IMG/VR virus record: IMGVR_UViG_3300027985_000695
Coordinates: 1-63,746 of that record
Source of the DNA: a virus
Lineage: Duplodnaviria > Caudoviricetes
Length of the DNA stretch: 63,746 nucleotides
Direction: 5' to 3' (one strand)
The notes under the pieces were generated by a model that made no database searches, was not told the origin of the DNA, and was given only the letters and a program-made list of their open reading frames with translations. Numbering within the stretch: the stretch's first letter is position 1; each line of letters begins with the position of its first letter. A program made the translations under genes and the position numbers. Shown here piece by piece: positions 9,571-19,982 of this stretch.

Positions 9571-10530
9571 ATGGAAAAGCAACTCGCCTCCCTCAAGACG
9601 TTCCTGCTCAACTACGAGACGGAGTTCGCCGTCAATGGCCACTGGGCGCAGGATCATATCGTCGAGATCACGCCGAACTACGACGACGCGGCGCAGTCGA
9701 GCCAGGACAAGCTCAACCTTGAAAACGGCACGAACGCGCCTTACGTCTACGCGCTGGCCGAAGCCCTGGGCCTGGGCTGCGCCGGGCGCACGAAGCAGGC
9801 GCTCGACTCGTGGTGTCTCACGAATACCGGCCACAGCGGCAACGAGGGCGCGCTCACGCTCGTCTACAAGGGCCAGCGCATTCTTGAAGCCGCGGCCATG
9901 TGCGGGTACGACTGTTCGGTCTGGGCGACGAACGTCTACCTTCCGGCCTGCGACGCCATCATCAACGCCGGTAACTGGGGAAGCAAGGGCAACTGGGGCG
10001 CATGGGGGCGCTGCGGTCGCATGATGACATATGCTCTCCTCGGGATGAAGAACTCTCTTGAGTCAGAAGGCGCAGGGTTTGTGAAGCACCTTCAGAATGC
10101 GACGAAGAGCTTCCCGTTCGTCCGCACCGGCGACCTCTGGACTGAGGCGTACAGGAACAACTACTTCCTGTCGTATATGTCGTTCTACTTGACGCCCGCG
10201 CTGCGCGCCGCCATGCTCCACGCGCCACTTGCGCAAGCCCTTGTGGCTCCGCTGACGAAATACTGGGAGTATTGCTCTGAGCGCAACTGGCCGACGTCAT
10301 TCCCGTACAAGAAGCTGTGGGGTCCGCTTGGATGGTTGCAGCAACGCATCTGGTCGGCTGGAAGCGACTTCCACACGCCTGAGACTTCAAACTGGGCCGG
10401 GAGCCTATTCAGGGCTGCCGGGCTGTTCTATGGCCGTATTGACTGGGAAGAGTGGTCCTCCGATTGCGACACGACCGACACCACCATGTTTCGCTACCCT
10501 GATGCTTTCTGGTCGGCAAAGAAATTATAG
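9571..10530 (+). CDS. Putative alginate-lyase-like (alpha/alpha toroid) polysaccharide lyase
   Basis: GNWGAWG and E..R....SY..F.L.P patterns resemble Alginate_lyase-family proteins; adjacent to the fibre genes. Confidence 0.5.
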   Translation: MEKQLASLKTFLLNYETEFAVNGHWAQDHIVEITPNYDDAAQSSQDKLNLENGTNAPYVYALAEALGLGCAGRTKQALDSWCLTNTGHSGNEGALTLVYKGQRILEAAAMCGYDCSVWATNVYLPACDAIINAGNWGSKGNWGAWGRCGRMMTYALLGMKNSLESEGAGFVKHLQNATKSFPFVRTGDLWTEAYRNNYFLSYMSFYLTPALRAAMLHAPLAQALVAPLTKYWEYCSERNWPTSFPYKKLWGPLGWLQQRIWSAGSDFHTPETSNWAGSLFRAAGLFYGRIDWEEWSSDCDTTDTTMFRYPDAFWSAKKL

Positions 10531-10676
10531 AAGGCTTGCAATCATCTGTTTCATTTGATATGCGGCCCTCATGACTCCGCTAAAAAACGGACACTGCATG
10601 GATGAGATGCATCGACCCGCATGCGCGGACACCGATAGCGGCTCTGACTGCAACCCGGAATAATAAGGAGAGAGGA

Positions 10677-11687
10677 ATGACAGGCAACGAAGAAATGGAA
10701 GTCAACGAAGAACAGCAGACCGATGACGAGTTCGCAGCTGCCTTTGACGAAGAGCTCGGCGACGATCAGGAGAGTTCCGCGGCCTCCGATGAAACCGGAG
10801 ACACCGCTGGCGACGCTGACGATGCCGGATCGACCGATGAGGAAGACGGCGGGCAAGCTCAGGCAGGCGCTGATTCGACGGAAGAGACTCCACCCGACTA
10901 CAAGGCTCTGTACGAGCAGGAACAGGCCAAGGCCCGTGAATCCGAGCAGCGGTACAACACGCTGCAAGGAAAGTACAACGCCGAGGTCGAACGCGCCAGG
11001 CAGCAGCAGCAGTCGGGACAGACGCAGCAGCAGCAGCAACCCCAGGAGCCGCAGCGCCCGAGCGACGACGGGTACGACGAAGCGGAGAAGGCGGAACTCG
11101 CCGACTTCCGCAAGAAGAACCCCGAACTTGCGAAGGCCACGATTGACGGCCCGAAGAGCGAGACATTCAGAAAAATCCTGCTTAATCGCGGGGCCGAGGA
11201 TGTCGCGTACTACCATGACCTCATGCCTGCGCCTCAAGAGCAAGGCCCGGTGGAAGACACCGCCCTGCGCGAAGAGTTCGTCAAGCGCGAGATCAGCCGT
11301 CACGAATCCGAGATCGCATCAACGCACCCCGACTGGAAGGAGACGCTTTTCGAGGCCGAACCTCTCGCTCAGGGGCAGCGCACCGTCAAGAAGGAAATAT
11401 TCGACTGGATCAACAGGCTTCCGTTCATCATGGGCCGCGATGCGCTTTACGTGCTGAAAAAGGGCAACAGCAATCAGGTGTCGAACCTGCTGCAAGCCTA
11501 CAAGGATTTCAAAGCGCAGCGCGACGATCCCACGAAGGGCGGAGGCCAGGAACAACAGTCGGCAAGCACGGAAGAGGAAGATGCCGCCGCGCCCGTCAAG
11601 GGCAGATCGCCCGGCATCCCCACTCAGGGGATAGCCGCCGATGACTTCGACGGCGCCTTCGAGGCAGCTACCCGTCCTCGCCGATAA
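10677..11687 (+). CDS. Capsid scaffolding protein
   Basis: RBS upstream of ATG 10677; acidic N-terminus, coiled coil, HPDW motif and C-terminal DDFDGAFE; directly upstream of the capsid gene. Confidence 0.8.
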   Translation: MTGNEEMEVNEEQQTDDEFAAAFDEELGDDQESSAASDETGDTAGDADDAGSTDEEDGGQAQAGADSTEETPPDYKALYEQEQAKARESEQRYNTLQGKYNAEVERARQQQQSGQTQQQQQPQEPQRPSDDGYDEAEKAELADFRKKNPELAKATIDGPKSETFRKILLNRGAEDVAYYHDLMPAPQEQGPVEDTALREEFVKREISRHESEIASTHPDWKETLFEAEPLAQGQRTVKKEIFDWINRLPFIMGRDALYVLKKGNSNQVSNLLQAYKDFKAQRDDPTKGGGQEQQSASTEEEDAAAPVKGRSPGIPTQGIAADDFDGAFEAATRPRR

Positions 11688-11702
11688 TAGGAAGAACTCA
11701 TC

Positions 11703-12704
11703 ATGGCCAACACGACCTTCGGAGACATCTCTCCCCGTACCGCCGCCTACGTCGTCAAGGACTTGCTGGAACGCGCCCTGCCCGACCTCATCATCGAGCA
11801 GTTCGGTCAGAACAAGCCGCTCCCGGCCCGCAGCACCAAGACCCTGACCTTCAGAAAGTTCAACCCCCTGGACACCACGCCGCAGGCGCTGGTCGAAGGC
11901 GTCACCCCCTCGGCCAAGAAGATGACCGTCACCGACGTGTCTCTTACCCTCGTCCAGTACGGCGACCGGATCACCGTCACCGACGTCATTCAGGACACCC
12001 ACGAAGACCCCGTTCTTCAGGAAGGCACCGAGATCATCTCCGAGCAGGCCGCTCAGATGATTGAGCGTGTCCGGTACGGCGTCATTCGCGCCGGCACCAA
12101 CGTCGCCTACGCGAACGGCACCACCCGTACCGCCGTCAACACCCCCATCACCCTGAATCTTCAGCGCAAGATCACACGCGCCCTGAAGAACCAGAATACC
12201 AAGCGCGTGACCCGCGCCATCGCGCCGACCCCGAAGTTCAACACCCGCCCCGTGGCACCTGCGTTCATCTGCATGTGCCACCCGAACTGCGAGGCCGACA
12301 TCCGTGGCCTGGCCGGGTTCACCCCCGTCGAGGAATACGGCAGCGGCATGACCCCCTACGCCTCCGAGTTGGGCAAGGTCGAGGACGTTCGCTACGTCAC
12401 CTCGACCATGTTCGTGCCCTTCGAGGACGGCGGCGGCGCTTATGCCGGGTCCGGCACCAGCATGCTGACCACCAGCGGCACCAGCGCCGACGTTTACCCG
12501 ATGATCTTCACCGGCGCCAACGCCTACGCCTGCGTGGCCCTGCGCGGCAAATTCGCCATCACCCCGATGGTCGTCAACGCCAAGCCGTCCGACTCCGACC
12601 CGCTTGCCCAACGCAACCATGTCGGCTGGAAGACCATGCAGGGCGCCATCATCCTGTACGACCTCTACATGTGCCGCGCTGAAGTCGCCGTCACCGCCCT
12701 GTAG
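11703..12704 (+). CDS. Major capsid protein, N4-gp56 family
   Basis: MANTTFGDISPRTAAY, LVEGVTP, HP.CEADIR..GFTPVEEYG, ELGKVEDVRYV, SDPLAQR..VGWK; very strong C-ending codon bias. Confidence 0.93.
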   Translation: MANTTFGDISPRTAAYVVKDLLERALPDLIIEQFGQNKPLPARSTKTLTFRKFNPLDTTPQALVEGVTPSAKKMTVTDVSLTLVQYGDRITVTDVIQDTHEDPVLQEGTEIISEQAAQMIERVRYGVIRAGTNVAYANGTTRTAVNTPITLNLQRKITRALKNQNTKRVTRAIAPTPKFNTRPVAPAFICMCHPNCEADIRGLAGFTPVEEYGSGMTPYASELGKVEDVRYVTSTMFVPFEDGGGAYAGSGTSMLTTSGTSADVYPMIFTGANAYACVALRGKFAITPMVVNAKPSDSDPLAQRNHVGWKTMQGAIILYDLYMCRAEVAVTAL

Positions 12705-12740
12705 GTCGAGCGACCGGCAAACCACAAGGAGGTATAGGAC

Positions 12741-12947
12741 ATGATCAGACTGGATAAGGCGGCTGACGCCTTCAACACCATCGCCGACAGCACCGTGCGC
12801 AACGCGCTGTTCAAGTACCATGAGGCCGTCAAGGATCACTTGAACAACCACGTTCATCATGCGAGCGGCAACGCTGGCTACACTTCCGTAGCCAAGAATG
12901 AAACCGCCGGAACCGACACCGGCGACGACTACCCCTTCCCCGCTTAA
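12741..12947 (+). CDS. Small hypothetical protein
   Basis: Strong RBS AAGGAGG; 68 aa. Confidence 0.7.
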   Translation: MIRLDKAADAFNTIADSTVRNALFKYHEAVKDHLNNHVHHASGNAGYTSVAKNETAGTDTGDDYPFPA

Positions 12948-13000
12948 CCACATGGGGCCGCGTGACGAGCGCGGCCCCATAAAAAAAAGAGAGACGCAAG

Positions 13001-13309
13001 ATGGCAAAGACTCTTGAGGAAGCGTATAACGAAGCCGACGGCAAAGACGGCAAGATTGACAAGAAGCTGAAGAATCTCGGCTTTTGCGGGCGCCGCGCCG
13101 ACATCACAATCTTCAACGGCCCCGGAGAGAACGGCAAAGACGATGTGCAGTTGCAGATCGTCCCGCTCGCCATCAACGTGAAGCGCGAGCAGCGCGTGTC
13201 CGTCCCCGAGGAGTTCCTTGAAGTCCTCAACAATGCCCGCGAGATGGTGTATGACCCGAAGACCGGTATCGGCTCCGAAGTCATGCGCTTCCCGTATGTC
13301 AGGCATTAA
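13001..13309 (+). CDS. Hypothetical conserved-type phage protein
   Basis: 102 aa; ..VKRE..VSVPEEFLEVLNNA..RFPY pattern of the kind found after N4-like capsid genes. Confidence 0.7.
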   Translation: MAKTLEEAYNEADGKDGKIDKKLKNLGFCGRRADITIFNGPGENGKDDVQLQIVPLAINVKREQRVSVPEEFLEVLNNAREMVYDPKTGIGSEVMRFPYVRH

Positions 13310-13324
13310 ACACGGAGAACGTCA

Positions 13325-14008
13325 ATGACCCTGCTTGCATCGACGCTTACAGACTACGCAGCGCACATCCTGCATGACGACGACCACGACAGATTCTCTG
13401 TCGCGAGGTTGCTGTCGTACCTCAACGCTGCGCAGCGTCAGTTGATGAGCGTAAGGCCCGAGGCCAACGCGGTCTATTCAGTCCTTACGTTGCAGCAGGG
13501 TATATTGCAGCAGATACCGTCTGCGCTCAACCCGCTGAGACTGCTTACCATCACGCGCAACATGGGCGCAGACGGCGCTACCCCTGGCAAGGCTGCCGCT
13601 GCGACTGACCGAAGTTCTCTCGACTCGCTGCTTATCTCATGGGATACCGGGGAGACTGTCACGGAGATTGAAAGCTACGTCTATGACGAGCGCACTCCGG
13701 TTAACTTCTTCGTGTATAAGCCGCCCGATGGCGTCAACGTAGTGACCGTCGAGGCGCTGGTGTCGGTGATGCCTGACGACATTACCGATGTTTCAGAAAG
13801 CCTTGTCTTCCTCGACACGTATTTCAGCCCGCTCATTCACTGGATGCTATACTGCGCATACACGATGGAACTTGACGACTCGGCGTCATACAGCAAGGCG
13901 CTGCATCACTATCAGTGTTTCGCCCTTGAACTTGGGCAAGACCTGTCGGCTGCGACTCTTGTCAACCCGAACCTGTTTGAGTTCTACATGACTCGCAATA
14001 CGGGGTAG
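13325..14008 (+). CDS. Head-tail adaptor-like protein (DUF6682-like)
   Basis: L.D....RF....LL.YLN.AQRQL...RPEA N-terminal motif; position in the operon. Confidence 0.7.
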   Translation: MTLLASTLTDYAAHILHDDDHDRFSVARLLSYLNAAQRQLMSVRPEANAVYSVLTLQQGILQQIPSALNPLRLLTITRNMGADGATPGKAAAATDRSSLDSLLISWDTGETVTEIESYVYDERTPVNFFVYKPPDGVNVVTVEALVSVMPDDITDVSESLVFLDTYFSPLIHWMLYCAYTMELDDSASYSKALHHYQCFALELGQDLSAATLVNPNLFEFYMTRNTG

Positions 14009-14011
14009 AGC

Positions 14012-14674
14012 ATGACAAAGGAATGGAGCGACTTTGTAAACTTGGTGCAGGTGAGCGTCCCCGGATGCCCGCCTGCATCTGTTCGTGACGCCATCAAGCG
14101 TTCCGTAAACGAGCTGTGCATGCGAAGCGCGCTATGGCAGGAGAGGCTCCCTGTGGCCTCGTTGTTCGCAGACATCGATGAGGTGCCGCTCACCCCTACG
14201 TCAGATGCTCGCGTTTCCGGCATCCTATCTGCCAAGTACGGCAACGCGCCGCTTACGCATGCCGGCCCTTCACGACTCGACGAAATCTTTCCCGAGTGGG
14301 AGAACACCACGCAGGGGCCGCCGTCTTTCTGCTACCTTTACGACTACGACGGCTATCAGGTGATGAAAATCGTCCCGACGCCAGAAGAAGACGAGGATGA
14401 CTGCATCAACATCAGGGTTTCGTTGAAGCCCAAAAGTGATGCCGAGTCCATCCCCGACTTCTTCTATGACGACTGGCGAGATGTCATCGCCGCAGGAGCG
14501 CTTGCTGAATTGTGTGCAATCCCTGAGAAGACATGGACGTCGGACAAACTTGTCGAATACTATGCCAGCAAGTTTAGGGCCGGCATCGCTCGCGCAGGAG
14601 CCGTTGACGTCTTAAACGGCGCAAGGCGCTCAACCTACGTCAAACCAGTGGAGTTCGGACAAAATGGGTATTAA
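14012..14674 (+). CDS. Phage adaptor/tail protein
   Basis: VPGCP..V.DAI....ELC.RS..W and IPDFFYDDW..VIAAGAL..L..IP.K.WT motifs. Confidence 0.7.
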   Translation: MTKEWSDFVNLVQVSVPGCPPASVRDAIKRSVNELCMRSALWQERLPVASLFADIDEVPLTPTSDARVSGILSAKYGNAPLTHAGPSRLDEIFPEWENTTQGPPSFCYLYDYDGYQVMKIVPTPEEDEDDCINIRVSLKPKSDAESIPDFFYDDWRDVIAAGALAELCAIPEKTWTSDKLVEYYASKFRAGIARAGAVDVLNGARRSTYVKPVEFGQNGY

Positions 14675-15530
14675 GATTGCCGACCTCGCCGGGACCGTAC
14701 TGGCCCTCGGCATCACCGACTCGGACGTGGAGGCGCAGGTTGCATCGACTGCATTGTTCCCTGCGCTCTCTGCTGGCGACTACTTCTACGCCACCATTGA
14801 GGACTCTTCAGGCAACAAGGAGATCGTGAAAGTCACCGGCCTGACCGGGGACGTTTATGACATCGTTCGCGCTCAAGCAGGCACGACGGCGCGCGCCTTC
14901 GACGCAGGCAGTGTGTTTCAACTGCGCGTATCCGCCGTCGCGCTTGAGACGTGGATGAGCGAGTTTGAAACCGAATTCAACGATGCTCTTTCCGACATGC
15001 AGGACGACATCGACGCGCTCAAGATCGCACCTGCCGGAACGCCGTACATGCACCTGTCCGAAATCCTGCCGACAGGCTTCCTGTGGATGGATGGAGCGGC
15101 GTACAGCCGCACGACCTACGCTGCGCTGTATGCGGCCATCGGTACGCGGTATGGGGCCGGCGACGGACTCACCACCTTCAACGTCCCCGATGTGCGAGGC
15201 CTCTTCCCTCGCTTCTGGGATAACGGGGCAGGCATCGACCTCGACAGTGCGACCAGAACTGACCGCGGCGACGGAACAGGCGGCGACGTGCCGGGTTCAA
15301 AGCAGGACTGGGCCATCGTCGATCACCGCCACATCATCTACTACAGCGTCGAGGGACTGAGCCAAGGCGGCGCGAACTGCATGGACTGGATCGAACTTAC
15401 GGCGACAGGCCATGTCACCGGCTATTCGCAGTACATGAGCCAAGGCTCGTCAGGCGTTAGCGCCGACAACATCTCGTCGAACGAAGTCCATCCTGCGAAC
15501 ATGTACTTCGCCGGTATCATTAAATATTAG
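14664..15530 (+). CDS. Tail fibre protein with tail-collar domain
   Basis: EIVKVT....D.YDIVRAQAGTTARAF anchor and collar motif PTGFLWMDGAAYSRTTYAALYAAIGTRYGAGDGLTTFNVPDVRG.F.R.WD. Confidence 0.9.
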   Translation: MGIKIADLAGTVLALGITDSDVEAQVASTALFPALSAGDYFYATIEDSSGNKEIVKVTGLTGDVYDIVRAQAGTTARAFDAGSVFQLRVSAVALETWMSEFETEFNDALSDMQDDIDALKIAPAGTPYMHLSEILPTGFLWMDGAAYSRTTYAALYAAIGTRYGAGDGLTTFNVPDVRGLFPRFWDNGAGIDLDSATRTDRGDGTGGDVPGSKQDWAIVDHRHIIYYSVEGLSQGGANCMDWIELTATGHVTGYSQYMSQGSSGVSADNISSNEVHPANMYFAGIIKY

Positions 15531-15538
15531 GAGAGGCC

Positions 15539-16249
15539 ATGCAGCTTTATACCTACCATAAGGTGACTGGCGAATTCCTCGGCGCCCTTGAGGCGAACAT
15601 CGATCCTCTTGAGTCGCAGCGCGCCGGTGGCCCCGTGTACGTGACGACTGTCCCGCACACCACCACCGAACGCCCCCCTGTGGCCGAGCAGGGGAAGGTG
15701 CGCGTCTTCAAGTCAGGGTCATGGTCGCTCGTCGAAGACCACAGGGGGAAGAAGGCTTACGCGACGGCGAACGGCGCCTTGCTTGTCGTCAGCGCGCTCG
15801 GGCCGCTTTCTGAAGCGTACACCTTCAAGGAGTACCCCGGAGACGGGTACTACTGGGACGGCGAGAACTGGACCCCCGACATCGCCAAGCTGGCCACGGC
15901 CGCGATGGCTGATGTCGACCTTACCGCCGAGGCGCTGCGACAGAGGGTGCTGACGCAGGGGTCCGGCCAGGCTCTCGCCTACAAGAAGAAGGAAGAGGAA
16001 GCGCTTGCATGCCTGTCCGACAGCAGTCCGTCCGAGGAAGACTATCCGTTCCTCGCCGCTGAAGTCGGCGTTACCGCCGACACCCTTCTCGACGTTGCGC
16101 AGACGGTTGTGGACGCTGCGAATGCGTGGTATGCCGTAGGCGTCGAACTTGAGCGGCTTCGCCTCACCGCGAAGAAGCGCCTCGCCAGCGCGACGACTGC
16201 CGGCGAGATCGCGTCCATAGTCAACGGGATAGAGTGGCCCGAGGTCTAA
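15539..16249 (+). CDS. Tail fibre assembly chaperone-like protein
   Basis: LYTYH..TGEFLG..DPLES..WSLVEDHRG pattern; immediately follows the fibre gene. Confidence 0.8.
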   Translation: MQLYTYHKVTGEFLGALEANIDPLESQRAGGPVYVTTVPHTTTERPPVAEQGKVRVFKSGSWSLVEDHRGKKAYATANGALLVVSALGPLSEAYTFKEYPGDGYYWDGENWTPDIAKLATAAMADVDLTAEALRQRVLTQGSGQALAYKKKEEEALACLSDSSPSEEDYPFLAAEVGVTADTLLDVAQTVVDAANAWYAVGVELERLRLTAKKRLASATTAGEIASIVNGIEWPEV

Positions 16250-16283
16250 GACCTCTTTATACTATAACAGATTGGAGGAAGCC

Positions 16284-16775
16284 ATGTCTCGTATCATCTT
16301 CTACGACTTCATCAACCATGCCCCGCTTGCGAAACTGCTCGGACACCTGAGCAACGTCACCTTCGGAGCGGCCGGTCTTGCCATCAAGGCCTCTTCAAGT
16401 GCCGATGCCAAGACGGCGAACGCCGTCGCCCAGAGCATCAATGGCAAGATCAACGCGCTGGCCGCGATTGCGACCATCGACCTGTCTGACCTGTGCTCCG
16501 ACGAGGACGCGCTGGCCGACGGCGAGGGCATCCTCATCTGCCTCTTCTCCGATGCCAGCGATACCGTCAGCGCCGTCATCAGCGACCCGACGACCTCGTA
16601 CTCGTCCATCGCCGTTCCGGCCTTCGACGAGACCGACAAGGCTCCCTTCGGAGTCATGAAGGTCGTCAACAACTCCGGGTCGGCGTTCACCCTCGGCACC
16701 ACCGCCCTGGACACCACGGACGTCACCGTCACCTACACGGACGTTTCGCACCTGATCCCCGGCGACACGTTCTAA
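16284..16775 (+). CDS. Abundant virion structural (decoration-like) protein
   Basis: RBS GGAGG; strong codon bias like the capsid gene; followed by a terminator. Confidence 0.65.
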   Translation: MSRIIFYDFINHAPLAKLLGHLSNVTFGAAGLAIKASSSADAKTANAVAQSINGKINALAAIATIDLSDLCSDEDALADGEGILICLFSDASDTVSAVISDPTTSYSSIAVPAFDETDKAPFGVMKVVNNSGSAFTLGTTALDTTDVTVTYTDVSHLIPGDTF

Positions 16776-16780
16776 AGCGG

Positions 16781-16806
16781 GAGGGCCGGGGAAACCCGGC
16801 CCTTTC
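16781..16806 (+). terminator. Intrinsic terminator
   Basis: GGGCCGGG-GAAA-CCCGGCCC followed by TTT. Confidence 0.6.
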
Positions 16807-16822
16807 AGCATGAGGCGACGGC

Positions 16823-18670
16823 ATGGCCCTGTACCTGAATGTAAGAGGATTCGGCGGCGAAGAGCCGCGCACATCGTCGCGCCTGATCGCGGACAACGCC
16901 GCGCAGCTTGCAGAGAATTCCAAGCTGCTTTCAGGCGAGATTCGTCCTTTCTACGACCCACGCACGGTGAACACGCCGTACAAGACCGACGCGCTTCAAA
17001 GCATATTTCTCTACAAAGACGCCTACTGGTGTCACTGGGAAGAAGACGTCTGCGTTCAGCGCGGCCCAGTTGCCGGCGACACGAAAGAGCGCACCTACAT
17101 CACCGGCCTCGACGTGCCCCGCGTCTTCAACTCCGATGGAGTCGCATCAGGTGGTTCTTCCGACTACCCGGCGCTCACGTACCCTCTCGGCGTCCCGGCG
17201 CCTGACAATTCAGGTTCAACATTCACCGCCACCGACACAGGGACAGGAGGATCTGGAGCAGACCGCGATGTCGTGTACTGCTACACCTACGTAACAGCGT
17301 GGGGAGAGGAAGGACCGATATCCGAAACGTCGAACGCCGTGACGTGCATGAACGGTGAGCAGGTTGACCTGACGAACATCACGCCATGTCCGTCAGGGCG
17401 CAACCTCGACAAAATTCGCATCTACCGCTCGCTCTCTGGTTACTCGTCCGACTACTGGGCGCGAGTGGCGGAAGTGGCGGGTACAACGACATCGTATTCC
17501 GACACGGTCCTCGACGACATGCTCGGCGCAGAGCTCACGTCTCTCACATGGCTTGCGCCTGACGAGGACTTGCACGGCATCTGCGCGCACCCAGGAGGAT
17601 TCCTCGTCGGCTTCTTCGACAACACGATCTCGTGCTCGGTGCCGTACTTCCCCCATGCTTGGCCTGTGGCGAACCAGTACACGATCCCATACGACATCAT
17701 GGGCATCGGCGTGTACGAGGACAAGATCGTCGTCGCAACGACTGCGTTCCCATACGTCTTTTCAGGCTCTTCACCGAGCGCTCTTCGCGGCGACAGGATA
17801 CCGTCGCGGCAACCGTGCCTCTCAAGGCGCGGCGTCGTATCTGGCGAGCTTGGCGTCCTGTGGCCTTCTCCTGACGGCATATACGGCGTTGGGCCACAGG
17901 GGACCGGCCTCATTACGAGCGACATCCTGACCAAGAACGAGTGGAACAAGTTCAACCCGCAGACCATTCACGCCGCCGTCGCCGACAACAAGTACATCGC
18001 CTTCTACAAGACGAGCGTCGATGGCGGCGTAATCAGCGGGCGCGGCTTCTCGGTTGACCTTGCGGAGCCTACGGCGAAGTTCATCGAATTCGACTTTTAC
18101 GCGCATGCCCTGTACGCCGATCCGTACACCGACAACCTCTACATGGCCATGCGCAACGAGGACGAGGACGGGAACTACATTCAGAAGTGGGAGGGCGGCA
18201 GCACCCGCAAGCAGTTCACATGGCGCAGCAAAACTTTCGGATGCGTCCCGACCAACCCCGCAGCGGCGCAGGTCATTGCCGACTTTACTCCGAGCGAGGC
18301 TGAATTTACGCAGGCTGAACTCGACGACTTTGAGGCTGCGCGTGACATCATCATTGCTGACAACGAGGACTTGATCACGTATGACCAGACTCGTGGTTAC
18401 ATGAGCGGCCAAATGTTTGGAGAGTACGTTTTTTCCGGTTCTGCAATCAAAGAGGCCGGCGACATTTTTTCAGACACGACGTACTTGAACTTCAAGCTGA
18501 TCGCAGACGGAATCGTTGTTTTCCAAAAGGCGATCAGCGACTGCGAGCCTTTCAGGATTCCGTCGAACTTCCTTGCAAGGGAACTCGCGTTTGAATTGGA
18601 AGGCAACGCTTTCATCAAGAACGTCAGCGTGGCGTCAAGCGTTACGACAATATATCAAGCGGGGTACTAG
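16823..18670 (+). CDS. Tail tubular/stabilisation protein
   Basis: GFGGE.PR....LI..NAAQLAEN..L.SGEIRP N-terminus, YCYTYVTAWGEEGP and FTWRSK motifs of podoviral tail proteins. Confidence 0.75.
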   Translation: MALYLNVRGFGGEEPRTSSRLIADNAAQLAENSKLLSGEIRPFYDPRTVNTPYKTDALQSIFLYKDAYWCHWEEDVCVQRGPVAGDTKERTYITGLDVPRVFNSDGVASGGSSDYPALTYPLGVPAPDNSGSTFTATDTGTGGSGADRDVVYCYTYVTAWGEEGPISETSNAVTCMNGEQVDLTNITPCPSGRNLDKIRIYRSLSGYSSDYWARVAEVAGTTTSYSDTVLDDMLGAELTSLTWLAPDEDLHGICAHPGGFLVGFFDNTISCSVPYFPHAWPVANQYTIPYDIMGIGVYEDKIVVATTAFPYVFSGSSPSALRGDRIPSRQPCLSRRGVVSGELGVLWPSPDGIYGVGPQGTGLITSDILTKNEWNKFNPQTIHAAVADNKYIAFYKTSVDGGVISGRGFSVDLAEPTAKFIEFDFYAHALYADPYTDNLYMAMRNEDEDGNYIQKWEGGSTRKQFTWRSKTFGCVPTNPAAAQVIADFTPSEAEFTQAELDDFEAARDIIIADNEDLITYDQTRGYMSGQMFGEYVFSGSAIKEAGDIFSDTTYLNFKLIADGIVVFQKAISDCEPFRIPSNFLARELAFELEGNAFIKNVSVASSVTTIYQAGY

Positions 18671-18672
18671 AC

Positions 18673-19971
18673 ATGGCATTTGGATGGGATGACGCACTCG
18701 CCATAGGCACCACCGGCGCCGGACTTCTCGGCGGCATTTTCGGTGGAAGCAGCAGCGAAACATCACCTTCTGAGGCTGCGTACACCAACAACGCCCCGGT
18801 GATGAACCTGTCTATTCTGGACTACTTGAGCGGCAACAACATGTCGAACAAGTTCCAGACGTACCTTGACTCCCTCATGGGAGATTACGGCTCCGACAGG
18901 TCGCGCTGGAATCAGTACACAAGTCCTATCCTCGACCAGATGTTTGAGGAATACGACCAGATGTCACCGTACCGTGACGCCATGCTTGGGCAGGGAGCAC
19001 GCAGTTACGGCATCATGGCCGACATCCTTGAAGGCGCTAAACCTGCGTTCGACGCCGCATCCAACGATGTGCAGGATGCGTTCAGATACGCCCAGGATGT
19101 GTACCGCCCCGCCCAGGCCGAAAACATCAACTGGATGCAGACCACAGGGCGTGATGCCGTACAGAATGCCTTCGACTCCGCCCAGGAATACTACGGCGAT
19201 ACGAGGGACTACCTAGGCAAGACGCAGGACTATTACAACATGTCCTTCGACGTCGTTGACCCTGAACAGCAGGCAACGATGGCCGCAGCCGACATCGCCA
19301 ACGAGTACAACAAGAGCGTCGCCTCCATGCGCGAGCAAAACGCCGCTTACGGCCTCGACCCGTCCTCCGGCGCGTCTCAGGCGATGGAAACGCAGATGGC
19401 CGCAGATAAGGCGCTCTCCACCGCAGGAGCTCGCACCCGTGGCCGCACTGAAGGACAGCAGCAGCAGTTCGAGAATGTCGGAGCCGGGCTGAATGCGCTG
19501 CAAAGCGGCACGTCTGCCGTAGGCTCAGGCGCTTCAGCCGTGAACAACGCGGCGAGCGGCATGACGAACTTCGGCGGCGTCATGGGCAGCACGCTTTCCG
19601 CCGGCCCCGTGAATCAGGGCACAGGCATCGTGCAGTCGGCGGGCAACATGGGCAGCAACCTCGTAAGCGGCGTGTCGAACATGTTCAACAACCCGCTGAC
19701 CTCGAACATGGCCAGCACCGTCAACAACCTGCTTCTGAACCCGACTGCGCCGCAGTCGCTCGTAGGATACCTCGGCAAGTTCGGCGAGGACCGCATGGGC
19801 AACATTTACGATACATGGGGCGACTTCAACGACACGTACAACAGCATCTACAAGTCGAACAGCAGCAACCAAAGCGGCTCAGGGTCGGGAAGCTTGCTCG
19901 GTCAAGGCTTGTCGATGCTCGGAAAAAGCTTCGACAAGTGGGGAACGAGCACCTCCACCAAGAAGTCGTAG
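18673..19971 (+). CDS. Putative internal virion (ejection) protein
   Basis: Gly/Ala/Asn/Gln-rich helical protein with a YGLDPSSG motif; upstream of the other ejection genes. Confidence 0.65.
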   Translation: MAFGWDDALAIGTTGAGLLGGIFGGSSSETSPSEAAYTNNAPVMNLSILDYLSGNNMSNKFQTYLDSLMGDYGSDRSRWNQYTSPILDQMFEEYDQMSPYRDAMLGQGARSYGIMADILEGAKPAFDAASNDVQDAFRYAQDVYRPAQAENINWMQTTGRDAVQNAFDSAQEYYGDTRDYLGKTQDYYNMSFDVVDPEQQATMAAADIANEYNKSVASMREQNAAYGLDPSSGASQAMETQMAADKALSTAGARTRGRTEGQQQQFENVGAGLNALQSGTSAVGSGASAVNNAASGMTNFGGVMGSTLSAGPVNQGTGIVQSAGNMGSNLVSGVSNMFNNPLTSNMASTVNNLLLNPTAPQSLVGYLGKFGEDRMGNIYDTWGDFNDTYNSIYKSNSSNQSGSGSGSLLGQGLSMLGKSFDKWGTSTSTKKS

Positions 19972-19982
19972 GGGGTTAAGGA

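Noticed and set aside
12952-12988. Terminator after the capsid genes
   Set aside because: The strong hairpin is followed by an A-run on the coding strand and has no downstream U-run on either strand; it may be an mRNA-stabilising stem.
11319-13007. Long antisense ORFs (also 48679-50082, 57695-59020, 35613-36647, 4100-5050)
   Set aside because: These are shadow frames of high-GC3 genes on the opposite strand, with no recognisable motifs.
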